64,000 nucleotides of DNA from Anaerolineae bacterium (GCA_034432955.1 DAOUBB010000045.1:24302-88301), one strand, 5' to 3'. Numbered from the stretch's first letter, positions 27,291 through 39,969 are shown. Made by a program: numbers and translations. Notes: generated by a model from the sequence alone, not told the origin.

Positions 27291-29312
27291 TCACGCGAGA
27301 GCGGTTTGCCTGACCAGCGAACGGGCCGCGTCGGCCACACGCTGAGGGGTGAAGCCGAACTTCTCGGCCAGGACTTTGTACGGAGCGGAAGCGCCGAACC
27401 GGTCCATGCCGATGAAGACGCCTTCTGACCCCAGATAGCGATCCCACCCCAGACGTACCGCCGCCTCCACCGCCACGCGGCGAGTGATCGCGGGCGGCAA
27501 CACCGCCTCACGATAGCTGGGCGGCTGCTGCTCGAACAGCTCCCAGCTCGGCATGTTCACGACGCGGGCCTGAATCCCCTCGGCGGCCAGCAGCCTGCGC
27601 GCCTCCAGCGCCAGGACGACCTCCGACCCGGTGGCGAGCAAGATCACATCGGGCTGGCCGTTGGCCGCGTCGGCCAAGACATAAGCCCCCTTGCGCAGCT
27701 CAGACGCCGGAGCCAATTGCGAGCGATCGAGGATCGGCAGGTTTTGCCGGCTCAGGGCCAGCGCGGTAGGCCCCTGGCGCGTCAGCGCGACCTTCCACGC
27801 TTCCACCGTCTCGTTGGCGTCGGCCGGCCGGATCACCACCAGGCCGGGGATCGCGCGCAGCGCGGCCAGATGCTCTACCGGTTCGTGCGTGGGGCCATCC
27901 TCACCTACGAAGATCGAGTCGTGGGTGAAGACGAAGATCACACGGAGCCCCATCATGGCAGCCAGCCGCACGGAGGGACGCATATAGTCGGAGAAGACCA
28001 GGAACGTGCCGCCGAACGGGATCAGCCCGCCGTGCAAGGCCAGCCCGTTGAGGATGCCGCCCATGCCGTGCTCTCGCACGCCGAAGTGGATATAGCGGCC
28101 GCGGAAATCGCCGGGTTTCACATCTTCCACGCCCTTCGCGCGGGTATTGTTCGAAGGGGTCAGGTCGGCTGAACTGCCGATCAGCTCCGGGATAGCGGGG
28201 ACCAGCGCGTCGAGCACCCTGCCAGAGGCGGCGCGGGTGGCGATGTCCTTGTCGCCCGCCTGAAAGACCGGCAGATGGGCGTCCCAACCCTCTGGCAGTT
28301 TCCCGGCCATGACACGCTCCAGCTCAGCCGCCAGATCGGGATATTCAGCCCGATAGCGGGCAAACAGCGCATTCCAGGCCTGCTCCCTTTGGGCGCCCTC
28401 CTCTACAGCGCGGCGAAAGACGGCCAATGCCTCCTGGGGTACCAGAAACTGGGCATCCTCCGGCCATCCCAGATTGCGCTTGGTCAACCTCACCTCTTCT
28501 TCGCCCAGGGGAGCGCCGTGGGCCTCAGCGGTGTCGTGTTTGTTGGGGCTGCCGTAGGCGATATGGGTGCGGCAGATGATCAAAGAAGGGCGTTCCGTCT
28601 CGGCCTGGGCGGCGCGAATGGCGGCTTCCACGGCGGCGCGATCGTGGCCGTCTATCCTCTGGACGTGCCAGTGATACCCCTGAAAGCGCGCAACGACGTC
28701 ATCGCTGTACGCCAGGCTGGTCGGGCCGTCAATGGAGATGCCATTGTCATCGTACAGGTAGATGAGCTTGCCCAGGCGCAGGTGGCCGGCCAGTGCAGCC
28801 GCCTCGTGGGAAATCCCCTCCATCAGGTCACCATCGCTGACAATGGCGTATGTATAATGATCTATGATCTCGAAGCCGGGGCGATTGAAACGAGCAGCCA
28901 GGAGTCGCTCGGCCAGGGCCATGCCCACGCCATTGGCGAAGCCCTGCCCCAACGGGCCAGTGGTGGTCTCTACGCCTGGGGTCAGGCCGTACTCGGGGTG
29001 CCCGGGGGTCCTGCTCTCCCACTGACGAAAGCGCTTCAACTCTTCCAGTGACAGATCGTACCCGGTGAGGTACAGCAGGCTATACAGCAGCATAGAGCCA
29101 TGCCCGGCCGAGAGGACGAAACGGTCCCGGTTCATCCATTGGGGGTTACGGGGATTGTGGCGGAGAAACCGGGTCCATAGCACAAATGCAGCGTCAGCCA
29201 TGCCCATAGGCATCCCGGGATGGCCAGAATTAGCCTTCTGGACCGCGTCCATGGCCAGCGTGCGGATCGTGTTGACACACAGGTTCTCCAATTCTGGCGT
29301 CAGTGCGTGCAT
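27291..29312 (-). CDS. tkt: Transketolase
   Basis: [42 protein letters not shown]... with the canonical TPP-binding N-terminus. 673 aa. Confidence 0.92.
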   Translation of the reverse strand: MHALTPELENLCVNTIRTLAMDAVQKANSGHPGMPMGMADAAFVLWTRFLRHNPRNPQWMNRDRFVLSAGHGSMLLYSLLYLTGYDLSLEELKRFRQWESRTPGHPEYGLTPGVETTTGPLGQGFANGVGMALAERLLAARFNRPGFEIIDHYTYAIVSDGDLMEGISHEAAALAGHLRLGKLIYLYDDNGISIDGPTSLAYSDDVVARFQGYHWHVQRIDGHDRAAVEAAIRAAQAETERPSLIICRTHIAYGSPNKHDTAEAHGAPLGEEEVRLTKRNLGWPEDAQFLVPQEALAVFRRAVEEGAQREQAWNALFARYRAEYPDLAAELERVMAGKLPEGWDAHLPVFQAGDKDIATRAASGRVLDALVPAIPELIGSSADLTPSNNTRAKGVEDVKPGDFRGRYIHFGVREHGMGGILNGLALHGGLIPFGGTFLVFSDYMRPSVRLAAMMGLRVIFVFTHDSIFVGEDGPTHEPVEHLAALRAIPGLVVIRPADANETVEAWKVALTRQGPTALALSRQNLPILDRSQLAPASELRKGAYVLADAANGQPDVILLATGSEVVLALEARRLLAAEGIQARVVNMPSWELFEQQPPSYREAVLPPAITRRVAVEAAVRLGWDRYLGSEGVFIGMDRFGASAPYKVLAEKFGFTPQRVADAARSLVRQTALA

Positions 29313-29464
29313 ACGATAGAACTCCTAGCCATACAAAACTTAATCAAGGCATAGTAAATGCCTGTCGGCAGGGCAGAGCCGGCCCGATGCCGACAAAGCC
29401 GTGACCCAAACGAGGACGCCAGGGCGTCTTCAAGATGTGCTTCGCGTCCCTTGCCGCGCGAAGG

Positions 29465-29746
29465 TCACGAGGGTACGACCCTGAACCGGATGACGTTGCC
29501 TTTTGAGCGCTTGTATTCCAGGCGGATGCCCAGCTCTCTGGCAGCACGGTTAAGCCGGTTGCGAACCGTTGTTTTGCGTTCGTGCTCCCCCAGGATCAGT
29601 TCGCCTCCCTCGCCTATGGCAAGTTGCGAGAGGTAGCCTTTGTATTCTTCTCGGATCTTCGCGCGTTCGCTTGCGACGCTGCCTCGCTTGCCTTTCTCGA
29701 AGAGCGTATCCGTTCCTTGCGGGTTGAGTTTTCTAAACTGCACCAT
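29465..29746 (-). CDS. Small hypothetical protein (93 aa, basic)
   Basis: Single candidate ORF. No recognisable family. Local GC slightly reduced. Confidence 0.4.
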   Translation of the reverse strand: MVQFRKLNPQGTDTLFEKGKRGSVASERAKIREEYKGYLSQLAIGEGGELILGEHERKTTVRNRLNRAARELGIRLEYKRSKGNVIRFRVVPS

Positions 29747-29903
29747 ATCGTTCTCTTCTCACCCCCTTTGTCATGCATGGCCCATTATATGCATGTACGG
29801 GCAGTGTGCAACTTTTGGAGGATCGCTTTGCTTTCAAATATGCTATAATAGCCCAATGAGATCAGAGCGGATGTCCACTTTGCTTCGGATCGAGAAAGGA
29901 AAG

Positions 29904-30851
29904 ATGCGAATGGCTGGCAATGCAGATCGGTGGGTGCATCCCACGAAATTCACAGGAGAATATCCCCAAGGCTGGAATGGTTATGTCTTCCTGGATTGGT
30001 CAAAAGAGGGCCAGGCGTATCACCCGGCGGATGACTACAATTTCGGCTATGGAAACGATGATCTTGGCCAGGAGGTCTATGCGGCCGCGAACGGCGAGGT
30101 CGTCCACACCTCGGAGGCCCAAACGGGGTATGGCAACATCGTCGTCATCCGCCATCCGTTAAGCGCCGAGCTCCAGCGATTTGTCAAAGAGACCTACGCG
30201 ATCGAGACAGATGTCCTGTTCTCCCTCTACGCGCACCTGCAGGACTTCGTGGTTGCCCCGGGCGATCCCGTGGAGGCCGGTACGCTGATCGGCCATGTGG
30301 GGAAATCGGGGACCACGTGGGCCCATCTTCACTTCGAGATCTACGCCCCCATCCCCGGCACGACCTGGCGCTTCTGGCCCACTGGCTGGACGCCGGAGCA
30401 GATCAAACGGTATTACCTCCCGCCCTATCGCTTCATTGAGTCGGTCAAGAACATGGAGACGTACGCTCAGTTCCTGGGCAAGCCGAGAGAGTATTGGCTG
30501 CAGCTCGAACGAGAGCGGCAGGAACTGCTTGAGAAGCTGCAAAAGAAAGAGGAGGAGATCGCGCAACGGACGCAAGACTGGACGCGAAGGCTGGAGGAGC
30601 AACAGAAGCTTGTCCAGCAGGGGCAAGAGGAAATCGCCAGGCTCCAGGGTGAGATCGAGCGGCTACAGATGCCGATCAACGAGCAGATTGAAACGCTGTC
30701 CAGGCGAGTGCGTGAGCTGGAGCAGGAGAATCTCAGTTTGCGCGAGCAACTGGAAAAGGCATCGCTCTCCAACTATTCGGTGATTGAGCTGGGCCTGGAG
30801 ATCGCGCGAAGGGCTATCGCGGTGTTTGTGAGGAGCCGGACGCGCGTGTGA
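29904..30851 (+). CDS. M23 (LytM-type) metallopeptidase with C-terminal coiled coil
   Basis: AAGGAAAG RBS before the ATG at 29904. Extended -10 TGCTATAAT at 29843. M23 motifs HPADD and HLHFE. Long heptad segment LEKLQKKEEEIAQRTQDWTRRLEEQQKLVQQGQEEIARLQGEIERLQ. No signal peptide. Confidence 0.7.
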   Translation: MRMAGNADRWVHPTKFTGEYPQGWNGYVFLDWSKEGQAYHPADDYNFGYGNDDLGQEVYAAANGEVVHTSEAQTGYGNIVVIRHPLSAELQRFVKETYAIETDVLFSLYAHLQDFVVAPGDPVEAGTLIGHVGKSGTTWAHLHFEIYAPIPGTTWRFWPTGWTPEQIKRYYLPPYRFIESVKNMETYAQFLGKPREYWLQLERERQELLEKLQKKEEEIAQRTQDWTRRLEEQQKLVQQGQEEIARLQGEIERLQMPINEQIETLSRRVRELEQENLSLREQLEKASLSNYSVIELGLEIARRAIAVFVRSRTRV

Positions 30852-30990
30852 GGCACGCTGCCTTCATGCCTTCACAAGCTCAGGATGTACAAGGGTAGAT
30901 GAGGGCAATGCCCTCGTCTATCCTGAAGGACGATCACAAAGGCCACCGTAGGATGGTCTCGCAGCGCGAGCTGAAGCTCATCCCACCCCT

Positions 30991-31002
30991 GTGGCGCGAG
31001 CT

Positions 31003-31011
<9 letters not shown>
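30991..31011 (+). repeat. Single degenerate REP copy (GTGGCGCGAGCTTTAGCTCGC) overlapping the hemE stop codon
   Basis: Same family as the RAYT-flanking REPs. The 3' half encodes the last hemE codons plus stop. Confidence 0.6.
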
Positions 31012-32061
<1,050 letters not shown>

Positions 32062-32099
32062 CCCTGCGCTCCTATTTTGATGGAGAGAAGCGGTCTCTG

Positions 32100-33125
32100 C
32101 TATCCCTGCAACCACCTCGCCGCATCTTTGGCGAAGTAGGTCAGAATCAGGTCCGCGCCGGCGCGCTTGATGGCGGTGAGGATCTCCAGCGCCACGCGCC
32201 GCTCATCCAGCCAGCCGTTGGCGGCGGCCGCCTTGATCATGCTATACTCGCCGCTCACCTGGTACGCCGCCATGGGCAGGTCGAAGCGCTCCCGCACCGC
32301 CCGGATCACGTCGAGGTAGGGCAGCGCCGGCTTCACCATTAAGAAGTCGGCCCCCTCCATGACGTCCAGCGCGCACTCCTTCAGGGCTTCGCGGGCATTA
32401 GCCGGGTCCATCTGATACTGGCTGCGATCGCCGAAGGCTGGCGGGCTCTCCGCCGCCTCACGGAAAGGCCCGTACAAGGCCGAGGCGTACTTGGCCGCGT
32501 AGCTCAGGATCGCCACGTGTTCGAAGCCCGCCTCATCCAGCGCTTTGCGGATCGCACCTACCATGCCGTCTATCATGCCCGATGGAGCGATGATGTCCGC
32601 GCCGGCCTCGGCGTGGACCACCGAGGCGCGCCCCAGCATCCTCAACGTCAGGTCATTGAGCAGATAACCTTGTGGCAACGTGGCGACATGGCGGGGATCG
32701 CCGGGGCCGGGGTTGATGATGCCGCAATGGCCGTGATCGGTATATTCGCAGAAGCACATGTCGGAGATGACGATCAGATCGGGCACCGCAGCCTTGATCG
32801 CCCGGATCGCCTGTGGGACGATCCCGTTCGGATCGTAGTTTTCGCTGCCCAGCGCGTCCTTGCGGGCTGGTATTCCGAAGAGGATCACGGCAGGGATGCC
32901 CAGGCGGGCGATGGATTCTGCCTCAGCCGGCAACCGATCGACAGACCACTGATAGACGCCGGGCATGGAATGCACCGGCTGTTGAACGTCGCGCCCGTGG
33001 CGCACGAACAGGGGATAGATGAAATCGGCCGGCGTCAAGATCGTCTCACGCACCATGCGGCGGATGCTCGCATTCAGGCGCAACCGCCGCGGGCGAGCAG
33101 CCGGAAAAGGAGCCAAACCACTCAT
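32100..33125 (-). CDS. hemB: Porphobilinogen synthase (delta-aminolevulinic acid dehydratase)
   Basis: RPRRLR N-terminus. Active-site region [25 protein letters not shown] overlap with the hemD stop. Confidence 0.88.
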   Translation of the reverse strand: MSGLAPFPAARPRRLRLNASIRRMVRETILTPADFIYPLFVRHGRDVQQPVHSMPGVYQWSVDRLPAEAESIARLGIPAVILFGIPARKDALGSENYDPNGIVPQAIRAIKAAVPDLIVISDMCFCEYTDHGHCGIINPGPGDPRHVATLPQGYLLNDLTLRMLGRASVVHAEAGADIIAPSGMIDGMVGAIRKALDEAGFEHVAILSYAAKYASALYGPFREAAESPPAFGDRSQYQMDPANAREALKECALDVMEGADFLMVKPALPYLDVIRAVRERFDLPMAAYQVSGEYSMIKAAAANGWLDERRVALEILTAIKRAGADLILTYFAKDAARWLQG

Positions 33126-33973
33126 GTGTCCTCCTGTCTGTCATCCATCGTCCGTTGTCTATCGTCCCACCGTCTGTAATGCCGCGCCAGCGCCGCCACC
33201 AGCCCGTTCACCGTGTATTCCTCCGCCACCACCGTGGGGAGCAGCCCCTCGGCGCGAACCGCTGCTGCCGTAATCGGGCCGATACAGGCGATGACCACCT
33301 GGCGCAGGTCCGGCAGCGCCTCCCGGCCCACGCGGGCGATGAAGCCGCGCACCGTGGACGAGCTGGTGAACGTGATCGCGTCGATCTGGCCTTGGGCGAG
33401 CAGACCCAATACGTCCGGCTCTGGCTGTCTTGCGGCCGCAGGCTCCTCCACCACCGTGCGATAGGCGACCACCTCGTCCACCTGCGCCCCGGCCGCGCGC
33501 AGCGCCTGAGGCAGCGCCGGCCGCGCGAGGTCGGCGCGGGCCAGCAAGACGGATTGGCCCCGGACATCGCCCATCGCCGCCGCCAGGGCCTCCGCCACGT
33601 AAGCGGATGGCATCACGTCCGCGGGCCGGCGTAGAAGCTCCGCCGCCGCGCGAGCCGTGGCCGGGCCGATCACGGCCACGCGCGCCCGATCGAACCCCAT
33701 CCCCTCCAGCCCCAGGGCGGCCATTCGCTCGGCCACTGCGGCCACCCCATTCGCGCTGGTAAATACAACCCAGTCGTACCCGCCGCGCGCGGCGCGGGCG
33801 AGGGCCTGATCCAACCGGTCGAGGTCATCCGGCGGCGCGATGGCGATCACCGGATATTCGATCGGTTCAGCGCCCAACTCGCGCAGCCTGGCGCTCAGCT
33901 TTCCGGCCTGGTGGGCTGCTCGCGTCACCAGGATCCGCCGACCCAAGAGCGGTTTCTCCTGCCTGTCACTCAT
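33122..33973 (-). CDS. hemD: Uroporphyrinogen-III synthase
   Basis: Start [20 protein letters not shown] overlaps the hemC stop by 8 nt (GATGAGTGA). HemD fold motifs. The longer listed ORF start (34084) lies inside hemC. Confidence 0.8.
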   Translation of the reverse strand: MSDRQEKPLLGRRILVTRAAHQAGKLSARLRELGAEPIEYPVIAIAPPDDLDRLDQALARAARGGYDWVVFTSANGVAAVAERMAALGLEGMGFDRARVAVIGPATARAAAELLRRPADVMPSAYVAEALAAAMGDVRGQSVLLARADLARPALPQALRAAGAQVDEVVAYRTVVEEPAAARQPEPDVLGLLAQGQIDAITFTSSSTVRGFIARVGREALPDLRQVVIACIGPITAAAVRAEGLLPTVVAEEYTVNGLVAALARHYRRWDDRQRTMDDRQEDT

Positions 33974-34928
33974 CGAGGATCTCCCTGGCGCCCTGCTGCA
34001 GCGCCTGTTCCGCCGCCGCCATGCCCACCTGCTCCGCTTCATCCATTGTCCCATGAGCCTCCACGGTGACGACGCGCCGCCCATCCCGGCTGAGCACGCG
34101 CCCTTGCAGGGCCAGTGTCTGAGCGCTCCGATCCACTTCGGCGTGCGCGGCGATGGGCACAGCGCAGCCGCCGCCCATCCCGATGAGAAAGGCGCGCTCG
34201 GCGGTCACCGCGGCGCGGGTGGGCGGATCATCCAGCGCTTTCACGATGGCCTGCGTCGTTGCGTCGTCGGCCCGGATCTGTACAGCCAGGGCACCCTGGC
34301 CGGGAGCGGGGAGCATGAGGTCGAGGGGGAGCACCTGGGTGATGTGACGCTCCAGTCCCAGGCGCTCCAGGCCGGCGCGCGCCAACACCACAGCGTCGTA
34401 GGGGCCGGCCGGATCGAGCGCCTTGCGAACCCGGGTGTCCACGTTCCCGCGCAGGTCCAGGATGCGCAGATCGGGGCGATACGCCAGCAACTGGGCGGCC
34501 CGGCGCGGGCTGCTCGTGCCAACCACAGCCCCCTGGGGCAGGCGATCGAGGGAGTGCCCGTTGCGGCTGATCAGCACGTCCCGCGGGTCTTCACGGGACA
34601 AGATCGCCGCGACGGTCAGGTCATCGGCGGTCTCTGTCGGCAGGTCTTTCAGGCTGTGTACGGCCAGATGGATCTCGCCCATGCGCAGGGCGGCCTCGAG
34701 CTCGGCTGTGAACAGCCCCTTGCCGCCTACCAGCGGCAAAGGCCTATCCAGCGCCCGGTCGCCGCGGGTGGTGAGGACGATGGCCTCACATCGCAGGCCA
34801 GGCCACGCCTCTTGCAGCCGGCGCATGACGTAGTCCGTCTGCCAGCGCGCCAGCGCCGAGCCACGGGTCCCTGCCCGGAGCGTAATAGGATGGGCATCCC
34901 AGTTGAGCCTCGCCTCAGATGGTTGCAA
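33966..34928 (-). CDS. hemC: Porphobilinogen deaminase (hydroxymethylbilane synthase)
   Basis: ITLRAGTRGSALARWQTDYV and later conserved blocks. 320 aa. Confidence 0.88.
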   Translation of the reverse strand: MQPSEARLNWDAHPITLRAGTRGSALARWQTDYVMRRLQEAWPGLRCEAIVLTTRGDRALDRPLPLVGGKGLFTAELEAALRMGEIHLAVHSLKDLPTETADDLTVAAILSREDPRDVLISRNGHSLDRLPQGAVVGTSSPRRAAQLLAYRPDLRILDLRGNVDTRVRKALDPAGPYDAVVLARAGLERLGLERHITQVLPLDLMLPAPGQGALAVQIRADDATTQAIVKALDDPPTRAAVTAERAFLIGMGGGCAVPIAAHAEVDRSAQTLALQGRVLSRDGRRVVTVEAHGTMDEAEQVGMAAAEQALQQGAREILDE

Positions 34929-34946
34929 ACTCCTCTAACCTCACCG

Positions 34947-36248
34947 TTATCCGTTCAGTCCAAACAGCTCGCGCAGGGCTTCCCGATACTCGTCGTGGCC
35001 GTTGCTGGCGTACTCCTTGAGGCGCACGGTCGGCTCGTGCAGGATCTTCTGGACGATGCTGTGCGTCATGGCGGCGATGATCCGGCGCTCTGATTCGCTC
35101 AGATGAGGCAGGCGCGGCAACGTCTTTTTGAGCTCTTCCTCCGCGATGGCTTCTGCCTTCAAGCGCAACTCTTTCAGCGTGGGGACCACGTTCTGAACGC
35201 GCAGCCAGGTCAGATACTCCCTGGCCTCCTCGGCGACGATGGCCTCCACTTTGGGAATTTCACGGCGGCGTTCGGCCAGGCTTCCATCGGTGATGGCGTG
35301 CAGATCGTCTATGTCGTACAGGTAGACGTGCGGGATCTGTTCCACAGCCGGATCCACGTTGCGCGGGACGGCGATGTCAATGAAAAAGAGCGGACGCTCT
35401 CCTCGCTCTGCCATGATCTGCCGCACGCCCTCCGCGTGGATGATCGTATGCGGCGCCGCGGCCGAGGTCAGGACGATGTCAGCCCAGGTTAGCCCCTCGC
35501 CGATCTGCTCCCAGGCTATGGCCGAGCCGCCAAACGGGCGCGCCAGCTCATCAGCCCTCGTATAGGTCCGACTAACGATCCGGAATTCGGACGCGCCCGC
35601 AACGGCCAGGCTGCGAACAGCCGCCTCTGCCATCTCGCCGGCGCCCACCAGAAGCACGCGGCGCCCTTTCAGGTCGCCCAGGAGTTGCGACGCCAGCGCG
35701 ACGGCGGCGTTGCTGACCGAGGTGGGATGCCGCCCGATGGCCGTCTCAGTGCGGGCGCGCTTGCCGGCGTGAATGGCCTGACGGAAGAGGGCTGACAGGA
35801 TGGGGCCGATCGTGCCCATCGCCAACGCGGCCTGATACGCGTCGGCAACCTGGCCAAGGATCTGCGGCTCCCCGAGGACCATCGAGTCGAGCCCGGCCGC
35901 TACCCGCAAGAGATGGCGGACGGCCTCTTCCGTCTCACGCCGGTACAGGTGAGCGCGCAAACTCGCCGGCGGGAGGTCGCCCAGCTCGGCGAGGAATCTC
36001 TCGATCTGCTCCACAATGCCTGAACCGTCATCGCCTGTGGCGACATACACTTCCAGGCGATTACAGGTAGAGAGGATGGCCCCTTCGCCCCCTGTCGCCA
36101 GACAACCGGGATGAGGCTGATCAGGACCCTGCAGGAGGGCTTGCAGGTTTCCCAACGCCTGGTGCAGTGCCTCGCCGCTCAGCGCTACCCGCTCGCGAAC
36201 CTGAATAGGCGCTGTGGTATGATTCATCCCGACCAGAACGATCCTCAT
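34947..36248 (-). CDS. hemA: Glutamyl-tRNA reductase
   Basis: MRIVLVGMNHTTAPIQVRERVAL N-terminus. NAD-binding LLVGAGEMAE. Confidence 0.88.
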   Translation of the reverse strand: MRIVLVGMNHTTAPIQVRERVALSGEALHQALGNLQALLQGPDQPHPGCLATGGEGAILSTCNRLEVYVATGDDGSGIVEQIERFLAELGDLPPASLRAHLYRRETEEAVRHLLRVAAGLDSMVLGEPQILGQVADAYQAALAMGTIGPILSALFRQAIHAGKRARTETAIGRHPTSVSNAAVALASQLLGDLKGRRVLLVGAGEMAEAAVRSLAVAGASEFRIVSRTYTRADELARPFGGSAIAWEQIGEGLTWADIVLTSAAAPHTIIHAEGVRQIMAERGERPLFFIDIAVPRNVDPAVEQIPHVYLYDIDDLHAITDGSLAERRREIPKVEAIVAEEAREYLTWLRVQNVVPTLKELRLKAEAIAEEELKKTLPRLPHLSESERRIIAAMTHSIVQKILHEPTVRLKEYASNGHDEYREALRELFGLNG

Positions 36249-36457
36249 CCGTCCTCCGCACCATGTCGTCTGATCCAGGCCGGACAGGTCCTGGAAACTA
36301 CAAAATCTACAAAACGTACCGCCAGAATATAGCGCAGGAACCGCAGCACGTCAAGGTTGACAACTCGGTACAAACACATAAACTACATACCTGCGGCGAG
36401 GTGAGCAGGATCCTCAGAGCCGTTGCAGCCGCTCAATCTCACGGAGAGGGAGCAACC

Positions 36458-38059
36458 ATGCCACAACCGCGCGTGCTGAATGCAGATCAAGCCCAAAAGA
36501 GTTTGAAGCAAGGCGTTGACCTGATGGCCGACGTCGTCAGCGTCACCCTGGGCCCACAGGGCGGGCTGGTCGCCCACACGCAGTTCGGACGATCCGAACC
36601 GGAGCTTCTGACGGACGGCGCCACCATCGCCCGCCGGATCATCCAGATCCCCGATCGCAGCAAGGACGTGGGGGCCATGCTCCTCCGCCACATGGTCTGG
36701 CACATGCGCCAGGAGATGGGCGACGGGAGCGTGACCACGGCGGTGCTCACCCAGGCCATCCTGCGTGAGGCCCACCGCTGCATCGCCGCTGGTGCCAACG
36801 CCATGATGATCCGACGGGGCCTGGAGCGCGCGCTGAAGGCCGCCGTGCAGGCGTTGCGCGAGATGGCGACCCCCATCGCTGGCGAGGAGCAGATCGCCGC
36901 TTTGGCGACGGCCGTCACCGGGGATCCGGCGATGGGGCGCATGTTGGGCGAGATCTTCGACATCCTGGGGCCTGAAGGCGCTCTGGTGGTCGAGGAATAC
37001 GCCAGCACGTATCTCGAGCGCGAATATGTGGAAGGTGCTCGCTGGAAGGGAAACTACGACTCGCCCTACTTCATCAACGACACAGCCCGGCGGCGATGTG
37101 TTTTGGAGAATCCACGCATTTTGATCACCGACGCCCGCATCTCTGAGCTATCGGACATTCAGCCGATCATGGAGCAGATGATCCGGGCCAAAGCCGGTCC
37201 CCTGGCGATCATCGCCTGGGGCGTCTCCGGGGTAGCGCTGGGCACGTTAGTGACGAATAGCCAGCGCAACGTGCTCAAAGCGGTCTCCGTCAAGTTCGGC
37301 CTGCTTGGCGAGCACCGGCTGCGCGCCCTGGAGGACATGGCGATCATGACCGGTGCCCGCTTCATCACGGAGCAGGCCGGCATGAAGGTGGCCGACGCCA
37401 CGCTGGACGACCTGGGCCGGGCGCGACGCATCGAGGTGGGCGAAAAAGAGTTCACCATCATCGGTGCGCAGGGCGATCCCGCCGCCATCCGGCAACGCCT
37501 GTCCCTGATCAAAGCCGAGCTGCAGCAGACCTCGAACCTGGAGGAGCGCGACAAACTGCGGGAACGCATCAACTGGCTCTCCGGCGGCATCGGCATCCTC
37601 AAGATCGGCGCGACGTCGGCCAGAGAACGCGAGATCAAGAGGGAACGCGCCCAGGAAGCGGCGAAGCTGATCGCGGCCGCGATGGAGGAGGGGGTTGTCC
37701 CCGGCGGCGGCGTGGCCTATCTGAACGCGATCCCCGCCGTGCGCGCCATCGAAGCCGAAGGTGACGAGGCCTTCGGGGTGGAGATCCTGGCGCGAGCCCT
37801 GCGGGCCCCTGCGGAGCGGCTCTTACGCAACGCCGGGTTGTACCCCCCGGTCATCATCAGCGAGCTTCAGCGACGCGGGCCCAACTACGGCTACAACGTG
37901 ATCACCGGCGAAGTGGTGGACATGATTCAGGCCGGCATCATGGATGCAGCCAAGGTGCTGCGCGTGGCGCTGGAAACGGCCGTCAGTGGCGCAGCGATGG
38001 CCTTCACTGCGGGCGCGCTGGTCTTGCGCCGTAAGCCTCCCGAAAGCCTTGAACCATAA
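36458..38059 (+). CDS. Divergent GroEL/Cpn60-family chaperonin paralog (no GGM tail)
   Basis: GGAGAGGGAG RBS before the ATG at 36458 (MPQPRVLNADQAQ...). VSVTLGPQGGLV and GDGSVTTAVLTQAI correspond to GroEL TLGPKGRNVVL and GDGTTTATVLA. Ends ...LVLRRKPPESLEP without Gly-Met repeats. Confidence 0.65.
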   Translation: MPQPRVLNADQAQKSLKQGVDLMADVVSVTLGPQGGLVAHTQFGRSEPELLTDGATIARRIIQIPDRSKDVGAMLLRHMVWHMRQEMGDGSVTTAVLTQAILREAHRCIAAGANAMMIRRGLERALKAAVQALREMATPIAGEEQIAALATAVTGDPAMGRMLGEIFDILGPEGALVVEEYASTYLEREYVEGARWKGNYDSPYFINDTARRRCVLENPRILITDARISELSDIQPIMEQMIRAKAGPLAIIAWGVSGVALGTLVTNSQRNVLKAVSVKFGLLGEHRLRALEDMAIMTGARFITEQAGMKVADATLDDLGRARRIEVGEKEFTIIGAQGDPAAIRQRLSLIKAELQQTSNLEERDKLRERINWLSGGIGILKIGATSAREREIKRERAQEAAKLIAAAMEEGVVPGGGVAYLNAIPAVRAIEAEGDEAFGVEILARALRAPAERLLRNAGLYPPVIISELQRRGPNYGYNVITGEVVDMIQAGIMDAAKVLRVALETAVSGAAMAFTAGALVLRRKPPESLEP

Positions 38060-38079
38060 TCCCATGCCAGGAGAGGAGT

Positions 38080-39969
38080 ATGATGGAACGCAAGACGGAT
38101 TCACGTTGGATCAGGCTAGGCCCTATCTACCCTGGCGGGACCGTGATGGCATTGACCGTGCACAGCAGTTCAGAGGGAGACGTCTTCCTGGCCGCCACGC
38201 AGACAGGCATCTTCCGGTCAGAGGACGGCGGCCAGACCTGGAGCGCCGCCAATGAGGGGCTGCCGACGTTGCAGATCAGCGCGCTGGCCTTCGCTCCCAA
38301 CGGCACAGCCTTCGCCGGTGGGCTTACCGGCGGCATCGCCATCTCGGCCAACCGCGGATGCACCTGGTATGCGACGCGCTCGGCCGGGCTGGAGCAGGCG
38401 GTGACCTCCATCACGCCATCCCCCTGCTATGCTGAGGACGCGACCTTGCTGGTCGGCACTGATGGCGGCGGCGTGATGCGCTCGGCCGACCGCGGCCATC
38501 ACTGGGCGCCGGCCAACTTCCGGCTGAGTGATCTCCACGTGTTGGCGCTGGCCTGCGCGCCTGCCTGGGGCGATCACGAGGAGCTCTTCGCGGCCACGGC
38601 GGACGGCGTGTACCGCTCGACCAATGGCGGCCGCGCCTGGCGAGGCCCTGGTCGGGGACTGGCGGGAAAGGTCGTCCAGACGCTGGCGGTGAGTCCCCAC
38701 TTCGACCAGGACCGCACGCTGTTTGCCGGTACTGAGGGCGATGGCGTCTTCCGTTCCACGGATGCCGGGGTCTCCTGGGAGCCGAGCGGTGCAGGGACCG
38801 AAGGGCTCACGATCAACTGCCTGTGGGTTTCGCCCGATTTCGCACAAGATCGCACCATCCTGGCGGGCACATCGGCCGGCATCCTGCGCTCCACCGACGG
38901 CGGTGACACCTGGCAGGTGGTATACCAGAGCGGAGATCCCGTGCTGGCGCTGGCGGGTTCCAGGGCCGCGGTGTGCGCCGGGACCATGGAGCAGGGGATT
39001 CTGCGTTCGAGCGACGGCGGCCAGACCTGGTGCGTTTCCAACGAAGGCCTGGCGGCTCGCACGTTCCTGCGGACGTTGACCGTGGCCGGGCACCCTGAGC
39101 TGATCCTGGCCTTCGGCCCGCAGGAGGGCATTGTGCTCAGCGCCGACGGGTCCAGGAACTGGCAGCCGATCCCCGGCTTGAGCGAATATCTGCCGCTGAG
39201 CGCGGTGGCAGCAGCCAATCAGGGGGCTCATCGGCCGCCGTTATTGGTCGTCAGCACGGCCGAGGGGCACATCCTGCGCTCGGCAGACGCCGGCGTCACG
39301 TGGACGCCGAGCGCGGCAGGCATCCCCGCCACCACCCTGACCTTCGACCGCGGCGGGCAACGGGTCTGGGCGGCCACGGCCGACGGCTACCTGTTCGTCT
39401 CGCGCAACGGCGGCCTCTCCTGGGAGGGGTTGCCGCGGCCCCCGTTTGCCGGCGAATCGGTCCTTTCCCTGGTGCCATCGCCCTTCGTGGACGAGGATCA
39501 CACCCTCCTGGTGGGCTCGCTGGCACAAGGGAACACCAAGGCGCGCCTCTGGCGATCGCTGGACGATGGGCGGTCGTGGGACCTGGTATCGGAGGCTCAA
39601 ACCGAGGTGCCCTGGCTGGCATTGGTGGCCCCACCCGTGCGCGGCCGCAGGCCTTATGACCGGGCCATCCTGGGTGCCGGACGTTCGTGCATCGTGTCCA
39701 CAGGGCAGCAAAAGGACACCTGGAAGACTGTGCCGGTCGGCGACAAGGGGGCGTCCGTGTTAAGCCTGGCTGTGGACGGCCTTAGTCGTACGGTCTATGC
39801 CGGCACAAACCTGGGCCTCTACCATTCGCAGGACACCGGGCGCACCTGGCATCCTGTATTGGGGCCGCTGGAGGGGCAGCCGATCCTCGATCTCCAGGTG
39901 GACGAGGCGGACCGCAGCCTCCTGATGTTGGTGCCCGGCGGCACGCTGTGGCGCTACCGAATCCGGTGA
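38080..39969 (+). CDS. BNR/Ycf48-like repeat protein (multi-bladed beta-propeller)
   Basis: Many SxDGGxTW BNR motifs (SEDGGQTWS, STNGGRAWR, STDAGVSWE, STDGGDTWQ, SSDGGQTWC, SADAGVTWT, SLDDGRSWD, SQDTGRTWH). Confidence 0.65.
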   Translation: MMERKTDSRWIRLGPIYPGGTVMALTVHSSSEGDVFLAATQTGIFRSEDGGQTWSAANEGLPTLQISALAFAPNGTAFAGGLTGGIAISANRGCTWYATRSAGLEQAVTSITPSPCYAEDATLLVGTDGGGVMRSADRGHHWAPANFRLSDLHVLALACAPAWGDHEELFAATADGVYRSTNGGRAWRGPGRGLAGKVVQTLAVSPHFDQDRTLFAGTEGDGVFRSTDAGVSWEPSGAGTEGLTINCLWVSPDFAQDRTILAGTSAGILRSTDGGDTWQVVYQSGDPVLALAGSRAAVCAGTMEQGILRSSDGGQTWCVSNEGLAARTFLRTLTVAGHPELILAFGPQEGIVLSADGSRNWQPIPGLSEYLPLSAVAAANQGAHRPPLLVVSTAEGHILRSADAGVTWTPSAAGIPATTLTFDRGGQRVWAATADGYLFVSRNGGLSWEGLPRPPFAGESVLSLVPSPFVDEDHTLLVGSLAQGNTKARLWRSLDDGRSWDLVSEAQTEVPWLALVAPPVRGRRPYDRAILGAGRSCIVSTGQQKDTWKTVPVGDKGASVLSLAVDGLSRTVYAGTNLGLYHSQDTGRTWHPVLGPLEGQPILDLQVDEADRSLLMLVPGGTLWRYRIR

